58,221 nt of DNA from Mizuhopecten yessoensis (taxonomy: Eukaryota): contig NW_018408872.1 in the NCBI RefSeq assembly GCF_002113885.1, positions 111,739 to 169,959 on the forward strand, read 5' to 3'. Position numbers and translations under genes: made by a program. This document shows positions 14,071 to 24,869 of this stretch, piece after piece (positions within the stretch are counted from its first letter, which is position 1; every line of letters begins with the position of its first letter). The notes below the pieces were generated by a model. The model was given only the letters and a program-made list of their open reading frames with translations. It was not told where the DNA came from and did not search any database.

Positions 14071-14874
14071 ACAGTCATAGAAAAATTATTTCGGACAAGG
14101 ACAGACAATATTTATTGGTGACCTATAGATATTATAAAAACAATTGTGTTTTCTGATTGTAATAGGACAACTAGTGTTGAATAATGAAATAGTGCGGTGA
14201 ATAGGATTTATAATTGAAGTTCGAGGAATTTGGCAATTAGATCTACACAGATAAAAAGAAAATACTACTACAGCAACATTTTAAAATATCGTATAATGGT
14301 TTACCTGTTTTTTCGAGAAATTATTTGACGAAGAATAAAACAAAAGGTCCAGAAGGGCCTGTATCGCTCACCTGTTTGTTTTGTTACATGGAGTTGTTGG
14401 CCAGAAGCGGTTGAAGGTTTACAGTTATTTGGCCCATGTGACGTGGAAAGTATATACTTAGGGCAAGGGCATATTCATGTGCAAATGTTGTTGAACTCGA
14501 AGACAGGATGCTGGTCGGGGAAAAGGAGCAGGACTTAACACGTTTTAAGTCGTTTGAATGTTTTGACCTATTTAATCCCTGTGGCCTTGAAAGTAGGCCA
14601 ATGTCATTTTCAATCGCAAACTTTGTCGGGCTCCATCATAGGATGCAATTGGCCAAATGTCATGAATCTATCCCTTTTAGATCTTCAGAAGGAGTCGTTT
14701 GAAGGTTTAGACCTACTTGACTCCTGTGACCTTAAAAGTAGGTCAAAGTCATTTGCATTCGCAAACTTTGTTGGGCTCCATCAGAAGATGGATAATAACA
14801 TCGCCTCATAACACCATTCATAATCCTCGGTTATTTTAATAGTCATAATAGCCCGTGGGGCTCTCCAAACGAGT

Positions 14875-16400
14875 CCTTTCTCACACTGATTGGGGAGCGG
14901 ACCGTGAAATGCTTTTGCGCCTATACAGATCACTTATTCGAACAAAACTGGATTATGGTTCTATATGGTATACGGGTCGGCGCGCAGTTCTTACCAGCAT
15001 ATGTTAGACCCATTCCATAACCAAGGGCTACATCTAGCACTTGGAGCTTTTCGAACAAAACCTGTAAAAAGCCTGTACGTGGAAGCGAATGAACCATCCC
15101 TTTATGACAGAAGGAAAAAACTTGCATTACAGTTTGCAGCTCAATTAAAATCAAACCAAAAAAATCCTGCTTTCGACCAAGTATTCAACCCAAAATACCA
15201 AAACTTATTTACGCAAAACCCAAAACTTCTGCCAACATTTGGTATCCGAATTTCAAATTTCCTGCAAGAACTCAACATAAACTTGACAGTGACATAGCTG
15301 AATTTAACATATCTGATGTTCCTCCATGGACCATACAAACACCTGATTTTAACTTTACATTACATGAGCGGGGGGAAAATACAGTGTAATGCCAAAAGAA
15401 CACAAATCCACCTTCCGGGAATGCATTTCGGAATAGCCTTCTCATACACAACTTTACACGGATGGTTCCAAAGAAGGTGAGAAAGTGGCACTTCTGTTCG
15501 ACTACCAGACGGCGCCTCGATATTTTTTGACGAAGCATGCGCTATTGCATGGTTTGGCCTTCGACCATATCGATGAACACCGCATTAAACAGGCAATCAT
15601 TCGTTTAGACTCTCTATCTGTCCTACAAAGTTTACAGTTACGAGATCCAAAAAACACACTCGTGCAAAACCTTGCTTTACGAATATCTCGCATCTTAAAA
15701 AAAATCTAAAATAACTTTACTTTTGGATTCCGAGTCATGTCGGAATTAAAGGCAACGCATTTGTTGACGGGGAAGCAAAAAATGTGCTAAATCTCGAACA
15801 AACAAATATCAAACTACCATCTCTCGAAACCAGCAACAAACTTTTAAAAGTACAACCGAAACTTAAAACATCTGTGCGGAAAGATCGTAGAGAGGAAGTT
15901 GTTCTCTCTCGGCTCCGTACTGGGCACACATTCTAAGACGAGGAGATCCACCTTCGTGCCACGCATGCGACATTAAATTTACAGTGGAACATATTTTAAT
16001 AGAATGTTCCGATTTTAAACACATTTCGTGATAACTACTTTCGAGTCCCGGATACGAAAACTCTTTTGAGTTCCGTGGACTCGAAGGCATTATTTAACTA
16101 TTTGAAAGACATCGGTCTATTCTATAGACTTTGGTGTCTTTTAACCCACCTTACCCCCTTTGACGATATATAAATAACATAGTCCATATCATCTATTCGT
16201 TATCTCTTTTATCATTTTTAACCCCCTTCTTATTTTAATTATCTACACATACAACGCGAATGCTTTTAAAAATGAACATTTTTATGTGATTTTATCTTCG
16301 CCACTCACATGTTTGTTTGGAGAAAAAAAGAAAAAAAAATCACCATGGCCCTAAATGACCACCGCCGTCGATGGGCCGTTAAACACAAACAAACATAAAT
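14875..16400 (+). mobile_element. 5'-truncated, decayed LINE of the I/Nimb group (RT C-terminus, RNase H, zinc knuckle, 3' tail)
   Basis: WGADREMLLRLYRSLIRTKLDYGSMVYGSA...ALGAFRT.PV.SLYVEA; RNase H LYTDGSK, DSLSVLQSL, WIPSHVGIKGN; RREEVVLSRLRTGH; CHAC...TVEHILIEC; tail ...GCCGTTAAACACAAACAAAC. Multiple stops and frameshifts. Confidence 0.88.
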
Positions 16401-16899
16401 AACATATGTTTTCCCCCTGTGGTGTTTCGTTATTTGAGTTTTTTATAATTGCTGAGTTGTGATTACAGGATTTTAAATAACGATTGATATTTCAGAATTT
16501 CATGTAACTCCTCCTACATTTTTATAATTTAGCTATTCTTCTTTTGTTTACCCTTTTTATATTTGTTTCACAGTTCCTTAACTTTCCACTGACACAGACT
16601 TAACCGTCTTACCTCATCATACATTTTGTTCATTTGAACAGTAGGCCTAGGCTCCGTCCTGTTGCGGCCGTTACAAGTAGAAACAAACACTTTCAATGTC
16701 ATGACTAAATTCAATTTGTGGATTACACACTTGTCATTACAAGTTAGTTACCGATACGTTCTGCCATCATAGAGCTGACATTTACATAATTATGAAAATG
16801 AAAAATATGGTATGAAAATGTGAAGATTTATTATATCAAAACCTTTGCTGGATTTGTCTGAGACATTTTTGAGTGACTTTCACCCGATCAGAAAAGTCT

Positions 16900-17290
16900 C
16901 AGATCAATAAACCGACTAGCACAGACCATGCCATACAGCAAATTCATATCATTCACTAGAATGACTCCGAAGTGTGTGGCAGCTAAGGAAGCCATCTGGA
17001 TACACCGCATCGGACTAGTTCATAATCGAGATGAGAGGGCTCATATAGACTCTAGCACATTGATGACCAGGTGTTATACAAACTGAATTTGTCGGTTTGA
17101 TTCATCATTTCGTACATGTGTGTACATGCGCTTATAGCGTAGCCGAATCGACGTCGATTTCATATTGCCAACTCGCACATATTTAACATATTTGTGTACA
17201 GTCTGGTGAAGGTGATAGAGTATGTAGCTTACACTTATCTGACTGTGCTACATAACTTCTCTACAATCTATGCTTACTAAACTGAATAAA
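16900..17290 (+). mobile_element. Penelope-like element remnant (GIY-YIG endonuclease C-terminus)
   Basis: TDHAIQQIHII and KEAIWIHRIGLVHNRDE resemble the PLE motif H...H.I...KEAI.I......NRD.G; a decayed hammerhead-like CTGGTGAAG follows at ~17203. Confidence 0.6.
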
Positions 17291-17954
17291 ATGTTTTGAA
17301 ACGACTATAAATCTGATTAAATGTTACAAAGAATGGTATACATAGTGATACGTTCGGATAATGGCTTGGTCTAGCAACTAGAGGAGCCAGCGATAACGTT
17401 GTTTATTACGGACTATTGAGAAGTTCATGAATCATACGCAAACAAGGCAGGTCCGCATCATTATCATTGATAGATATTTGAAAATGATTAGAGAGTCTTT
17501 AGTCTTACGAAAAATTGGAAAATGTGTAAGTATGGTTTCTTTATCAAGCCAAGTCTTATTTTTTCAGCAAGCAGTAACAGTGTTTTCAGACAAACCTTAT
17601 TGTATTATTCCTTTAAACAAAGTTGATATAATTTCATTCAAGCATGCTTATTTCCAGATATCTTCACCAATGGCCTCCTCGTTACTTAGAAGCGATTCGA
17701 ATACTTCATTATTTATCTTTGTAACCTTTAACGTTGGATCAATGTCATTCATTAGAACAACCTTGAAACCCTTTATCAAAGCATATCTATTTGATTAACT
17801 ATATTTATCCTTGGCCTCTTGGTTATTTATACGAAGTTATTAAAAAAAAACACATTTGAACTTGAGAGTGGGTCAATTAAGATAATTTACTGAAAAAAAG
17901 ACATATAGCCTTTCAACTCACCATGCTATTCGTCAAATATCATCACGATTGGCC

Positions 17955-19340
17955 TATCAATATCCATAGAATTCTCCTCTTTCCATCTCTGTCAATATCC
18001 ATGGAATATTTCCCTATCAATATCAACAGAATGTTTCCCTATCCATCTCTGTCAATGTCACTGACAGAATTATTCCCTTTCGATCCTCGCCAACATCCAT
18101 AGATTTCCTTCCTTTCCATCCCTTTCAATATCCATAGAATTCTTCCATATTCATCCATGTCAATATCCAGAGTTCTTCCTAATCAATCCCAATCAATATC
18201 CAGAATTCTTCCTAATCAATCTCTGTCAGAATCAAGAGATTGGTTCCTATCAATGTCTATATCTGTAGGATTTTTCCTTGTTTATCCTTGTCAACACCAG
18301 AAGAAAGTTTAGAGAAAGTTACCCTACCTATCCCTGTCAATATCTAGAGAAAGTTACCCTATCCATCCCTGGCAACATCTAGAGAAAGTTGCTCTATCCA
18401 TCCCTGTTAACATATAGAGAAAGTTACCTAAGCCATTCCTGTCAATATCTAGAGAAAGTTACCCTAGCCATTCCTGTCAATATCTAGTGAAAGTTACCCT
18501 ATCCATCCCTGTCAATATCTAGTGAAAGTTAACCTATCCATCCCTGTCAATATCTAGTGAAAGTTACCCTATCCATCTCTGTCAATATCTAGTGAAAGTT
18601 ACCCTATCTGTCTGTCAATATCTAGTGAAAGTTACCCTATCCATCCCTGTCAATATCTAGTGAAAGTTACCCTATCTATGTCTGTCAATATCTAGTGAAA
18701 GTTACCCTATCCATGCCTGTCAATATCTAGTGAAAGTTAACCTATCCATCCCTGTCAATATCTAGTGAAAGTAAACCTATCAATCCCTGTCAATATCTAG
18801 AGAAAGTTACCCTATCCATTCCTGTCAATATCTAGAGAAAGTTACCCTATCCATCCCTGTCAATATCTAGTGAAAGTGACCCTAGCCATCCCTGTCAATA
18901 TCTAGTGAAAGTTACCCTATCCATCCCTGTTAATATCTAGTGAAAGTTAACCTATCCATCCCTGTCAATATCTAGTGAAAGTTAACCTATCCATCCCTGT
19001 CAATATCTAGTGAAAGTTACCCTATCCATTCCTGTCAATATCTAGAGAAAGTTACCCTATCCATCCCTGTCAATATCTAGTGAAAGTTACCCGATCCATC
19101 TCTGTCAATATCTAGTGAAAGTTACCCTATCCATCCCTGTCGATATCTAGTGAAAGTTACCCTATCTATGTCTGTCAATATCTAGTGAAAGTTACCCAAT
19201 CTATCCCTGTCAATATCTAGAGAAAGTTACCCTATCCATTCATGTCAATATCTAGAGAAAGTTAAACTATCCATTCCTGTCAATACCTAGTGAAAGTTAC
19301 CCTATTCATCCCTGTCAATATACATAGAATGCTTCCCTAT
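17955..19340. repeat. 35-bp minisatellite (ATCCATCCCTGTCAATATCTAGTGAAAGTTACCCT)
   Basis: About 29 homogeneous units at ~18310-19340, preceded by ~10 degenerate units. Confidence 0.95.
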
Positions 19341-20548
19341 CTTTCAAAAATATTAATAATATATTACAAATATTCTCATCCTTCCCCAAAACCCACAGAA
19401 TATAATTCATCGCTTAATCTTTCCTTTATGCACATATGTATGTAAGCTATTTGATTGGTTTCAGGTTTAAAACACGTTTTAAGCTTACTAATACCAGACT
19501 GATACCTGTCCTTTGAAGATTTTAGAGGAGCTATACCCACCATAAAAGCCCATTGATGATACTGTTTACGCTGCCACAAGATTCCTTTGATCTTCATTGA
19601 AGATATCCGACTGGTCTACTCGACTCATCCACAAGGTGTCTTATAACCAGACTATGATTTTGTTATGACATTTTCTGGGGTTGCAGAGAAGATGTGTGTT
19701 GAGAATGAACTTTGGATTATGAGGATGCAGGTACAATGAATTCTAGGTCTGCTTAATAAGTGTTTGTTGTGTTCCTCTGTGAAATGTTCAATTAATTGCT
19801 TTGGCTTTCTGATAAAGTGTTCTTGAAATTTATATCAATGAGTATTTGATTTTTTTTTATCAATGACTGGATGTTTTAACTTGTATCTGGAACCTCTTCA
19901 AAAATATTATTGATAATAAAGTTAGCTGAAAACAGACAAATTTACTTAAAGGTAGCGACAATTTCATTATTGTTTCAAAAACCTGATTTGACATTCTAGG
20001 TATCAATGTAAATTTTTATTGTTCTTCAACTTTTTGTAACTAAAAATTAAAACAAACTTCTACAAAAATTTGTTTCTTCACATGTCCTGTCCAGTAAATC
20101 TTTGACTGAAGAGTTGTCTTCCCTTTACATAGCAAACATAAGTTTTCAAACAATATTACTTTACAATAAAGGTAATACAAAGCTCCGTATTATTGTTTTA
20201 TTTTTCAAACCACATTCTGAACACCATATTTTCTATCAACAATCGTGTAGCAAACCTTATTTCCATTTACACGTACTCCAAAATTAGATGCAAGATGAAA
20301 GTGGAAGATAAGCCTATAAAGGGACTTTTACCCTAAGTTTATTATTCTAGATTGTCACTTTTAAGTTTGGTTGATAGTGTCCTTACAAACATCCTCCACA
20401 TGCAACCAAGACTGGATCATCTGATGTTGTTTATAAACAGTCCTTCAACATCATATAAACAATATCTCCCGACAGTATTTCTATAATAATTACATTGTAC
20501 ACTATAATGAATTCACAATCAGGCTTCAACTGCTGATCAATTTTCCTG

Positions 20549-23500
20549 TCATGAGTCTGACCACTTTTTCTTTTTCTTATCAGCATCTATGAAATCAGAG
20601 AACCACTTTGGTCTAGGTTTGTCCATCTGTACAATAAATTTATCATGTAATTTTTGTTGTTGATCTTCTTCGCCTTCATAAATCACTGCTACTTCCTTGT
20701 GTGGTGATTCATACTCAAGGTGGTCGCCCATCTTCTTCCTCATCTCATCGGTCTCCTGTCGCACCTTGTCATAGCAGTTACCTGTCATTAGACATTAAAG
20801 TTACCTGTCATTAGACATTAAAGTTACCTGTCATTAGACATTAAAGTTACCTGTAATTAGACATTAAAGGAACCTGTCATTAGACATTAAACGACACTTA
20901 TTAACAACTTTGAGTCAATGATAAAAGTAACTAGATATAATTTACACACAAAATTGACTTCAAATTTTGAACACCAATAAATTAAACAAAAGGTCTGAGG
21001 AGCCTGTTTCGCTTGCCAGTTATTTATGCAAAATAAAAAAAAGTGTTTCCAGTAATCCTATACTACCTACCATAATTTTTTTGTGCCTACCATAAACTGT
21101 TTTAGGCAGGTTTCATAGAAACACTATTAAAGTCAAGGTCACTCTCCCATTTAAATCATATAAAATCATTTTATTAAAATGTAATTTGTTACCTACATGT
21201 TTGGTTTGTGTGTGTTTTACATCCTATAACAGCTATAGTGATTTAAGGACGTGCCAGGTTATGGTGGTGGAAGAAAGCCGGAGAGTTCCCAGAGAAAAAC
21301 CACCGACCTACGGCCAGCACTTGGCGACTGCCCCACTTAGGTCTCAAACACACGACCCAGTGGTGGAGGGCTAGTGGTAGCAGAATGTCAGACACCTGAA
21401 CCACTTGGCCACCATGGCTCTTGTACGTATACCTATCCTATTTTTTTTCAAATTAAATACTTTTTTGTTTGGCCTTATCAACAGCATTGGCAAAATATAG
21501 CAGAAAATTTTGAAGATAAACAAGATTTGAAAATATAATGGCTGTCTTTAATATATAGATTTCTCGCAATAAATGTATCTTGAAAATATGCTGGATTAGA
21601 AAATAATAAAAGCCATCTAGAAATTTGCAGACATAATTTGAAGACATTATATATATAAAATGGTAAAAAGAGACCAATGTACCTTAACAGTCGTCTTTAA
21701 TGAATGTAGTTTTTTTGTTTGTTAAAGGACAAAAGTAACTTTATATGTGCAGGTAATAAAAGAAGCTGATATAAAAATCTTCTGTAGTTCTCTATGACTA
21801 CAAATAAAAAGATAAAGGTCGTTGTCTGAAAAGCCTTTTGGATACCCACTATAAGTATCCTGCAATTTGCAAAATCATATTTAAGTTGGTGCAGCTGTTT
21901 TTGAGGAAAGGAAAAATGTGAATTGTTTACAGACGAACGATACACCATGTACATATTCTAAAACAATTGGTACGTCACAGTAATTAATCAAACTGTAGCA
22001 TACTTTAAGAAATGACTAACTGAGCCAAAATCTGAAGTTAACTAAAACAGTCTTCAATTTTCACTAGCTCTGAAGTAATTTTCACTAGACCACTTCAAAT
22101 TCCCTATCAAATTTTCAATAAATTCCTTCCCAGATTTGTGTTTTCTCTGGCAATTCTCTATTGTCATTCAGACTCTCACATTTTTTTGTAAACAAGGAAA
22201 AAGGTTTACCTCATACAAAATGAATGTACTGTTCCACTGTACTCAATCACACATTAACCCAGACAGCTTATATATAATTATAGTCTTAAGAAAGAGGGTT
22301 AAAACATGCATGATAACCTTAATTAAATTAGGGGACAATCAATGCAAAATACCATGTACTGTACATGCTGTCATTTAGTATTTGGTTTATAGGACTTCCT
22401 ACAGAGTACATAAGAGAAAAATCTCACCACATATCGTGTTGAGCTTGTGGAAGCTCCCGCAACGTAAACAAGACACTATATCTTTATGGATTTTTACACG
22501 TTTTTCTACAAATGAGTATCCAAATCTTCGAGTTTGTCTCTTTTCTTTTGACCTGCGAGACCTTTGGGTTTGATGTGAAATCCACATTATTCCATTTCCA
22601 CCAAATAACTCTCTCAGGAAGGATGAATTGTCTGATGGTATAATGTCCGTCTCCTCAGGAACAACTGGACCTCCAACCAAAGCTGGCAAAAACTCTGACG
22701 GATAAAAAACAATATTGGTAATTGGCAAAGCTAAAATGATCTCTAATTATCTAAACTATAAATGTTTTGTCTGATCAAATATACATTTATATAAAGTCAG
22801 CATGACCTCACAAAGCTTTATCTCAAATTTAATGTTGATACATATGCGTACAAAAATATCAGCTTAAAATGTTCCTGACAAGTACTACACCAATTTGAAC
22901 TGGACTCTTTGCTGTGACTTCCACATGCACATTAATATTGAAGATATAGACCTTTGATCATGATGTTTCCTACTCCAACAGTGTTAGAGGTTTACACGGT
23001 GAGATACTTTTGACAGGCGCCGCAGTCGGCAAAATCATATCCGATAGCAAAAAGGCCGACCAGTGGTCACTTATGTTATATGAGTATAGATGTTGCCTAG
23101 TTTTACAACTGAATACAGAATGCTTCCCCTTGCAAAAATAAAAGTGCTTTATTTTCCCAGAATGAAAAAAAAATGAGGAATATCTTTTCAGTTTAAATGA
23201 AAATAATGCAATATTTTCCCAATTCATGTAGGAACAGGTTGTTGTAAAATCTAAATTTGTTGAATAACAACTCGTGCATAATTTAATTTACACCTTTGAG
23301 AATTAACATGCGCCTCACTATTCATTTGTCTGATGAAGGTGACATATATAGTACATACTGTACTTGTCATCGAAACGTCACATAGAAACACTATTGGTTG
23401 TGTAACATGAATCTTTTCACAATCCATACTTACCATTCTGAAGGAAATGTTTAGAAATATCAGTGTTTGGTAAATGACATTCTGTCTTGTACATTTTTAA

Positions 23501-24743
23501 ATATTCATATTTATCAAAATTTCGATACAGTGAGGGAAAGCATTATATAACTTTATTTTTTGACATTTGCTGTGACATTATACATTAACTTGTAATGTAC
23601 TGAAGTGTTGATGAGCATTTCACCCCTACAAGACATTTCCCTCTCCTGAGAGTGTTGCAACAATAGTGCAGTCATTTTATGGTATATTTAGTCTGATCAC
23701 ATTAAATCTTGAATTGACTGCAATCAATATAAATAAGACCATTCTGTGTAACTGCTTAATAGTTATCATTAGATTACTATCCGATTATCAATTTTGATTT
23801 TAAACCAATTCGGCGATTTATGTCCAGCACTTATAACAAGTTAGTTTTGTAAACTCGAGTTAAACTATTCCAAGTCGTTTCGANATACTTTCAGGACAGA
23901 TAAACCTTCGATATTTTACATATATCTCCATTGAATGACAAAGAAAGTATATTTTGGTCCATTGTCTTGAATTGAGCGTATTTAAGGTCCATATTCCTCC
24001 GTTTCGGTAATGCAGCGCCATCGAAAATCGTACCGTGAATCTCGGCTATTGCGCGTCTTTAAATGATAAATAAAAAATATTTCCAGTCAAATTTAACTAC
24101 CTATCTGTTACATGAAGCANTCTTCTTTTAAATGCGACTTTGTTCCGTTTTTCTTATAAAAGAAAATCACTTGAAAACTAGCTCAAAAGACCTATTTCAG
24201 ATAGGTCAATAGAGCTATTATAGGTTTTTACAGCTATATAGCTCAATCGGCAGAGTGTACTGGACCTGATGATTATAGGATGTTTCGGTACTTTTGCAAA
24301 GACGAAAAACAGCAACGCGTGAACGGACAAAAATACCAAACATAGCAAAATATCGAAATTTTATTGCCTTTTCAATTGTTACAGTTGAAGTTTCGGGAAG
24401 AACCGACCGGTTGGGGTATTTACCGAAATGGACCGCNGTAATTCAACTCCATTCCGGTCCATTTCGGTAAATACCCCAGCCCAGAACCGACCACGTAAAG
24501 ACTACAGTAAAGTAATGTTACTGTACCGAAAAATCTTTAGCCCCAAAATCGGCCACGAGCAGTCAAGGAGATCGTATATATTTCACAGTCACTTGTTAAA
24601 TTTATTATGAAACGATTGCATTATGATAATGGAAAGTGAAAATATGTCTTACGATATTGTGACACTGTCCATCTTAGAAATAACGAGTCTAATTGCTTCC
24701 AAGCTTTCTGTAATCGCTGGAAAACACTCATGTTGGCAGCCAT
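20549..24743 (-). CDS. MRPL32: Mitochondrial ribosomal protein bL32m (L32), 3 exons, ~196 aa
   Basis: Exons 24743-24653 (MAANMSVFQRLQKAWKQLDSLFLRWTVSQY, presequence-like), 22694-22428, 20781-20549; phases consistent. Arg-rich segment, CxxC-x9-CxxC zinc ribbon (CLRCGSFHKLNTICGNCY) and C-terminal V.Y.GE...RPKWF. Head-to-head with PSMA2, as in human. Confidence 0.92.
20777..20891. repeat. 5 x 23-bp tandem repeat spanning the last MRPL32 splice acceptor
   Basis: GTTACCTGTCATTAGACATTAAA units start at 20777, 20800, 20823, 20846 and 20869. Confidence 0.95.
21199..21420 (-). mobile_element. tRNA-derived SINE with LINE-like 3' tail, in MRPL32 intron 2
   Basis: rc: A box GGTGGCCAAGTGG, V-like GGTGGTTTTTCTCTGGGAACTCTCCGGCTTTCTTCCACCA, tail CCTTAAATCAC...GCTGTTATAGGATGTAAAACACACACAAACCAAACA. 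Confidence 0.75.
23325..23385 (+). ncRNA. Minimal type I hammerhead ribozyme motif (Penelope-type)
   Basis: TGT-CTGATGA-A-[GGTGACA...TGTCATC stem II]-GAAA-CG-TC-ACA; core boxes intact, short stem I TGT/ACA, palindromic ACGT stem III. Confidence 0.6.
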
Positions 24744-24869
24744 CTTGTCTCTGAAACTCACTTAGGCACAATGTTACAAGATATTTCATTGGTTGAGAGA
24801 CCTTAAATGAATATTTTGACCAATCATATAAGCCTTTACATTGTACATACTATCACCGGCGAATCCAAC
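24744..24869. promoter_or_regulatory. Bidirectional MRPL32/PSMA2 promoter
   Basis: 126 bp between divergent ATGs; oppositely oriented CCAAT boxes (ATTGG 24788-24792, CCAAT 24820-24824); YY1-like AAGATGGCTGCC overlapping the MRPL32 start codon. Confidence 0.8.

Noticed and set aside
17198-17250. Second hammerhead-like motif after the Penelope remnant
   Set aside because: Core is mutated (CTGGTGA, no GAAA), so it is non-functional at best.
18310-19340. 35-bp repeats resembling a CRISPR array
   Set aside because: Units are head-to-tail with no unique spacers, there are no cas genes, and the context is eukaryotic; this is a minisatellite.
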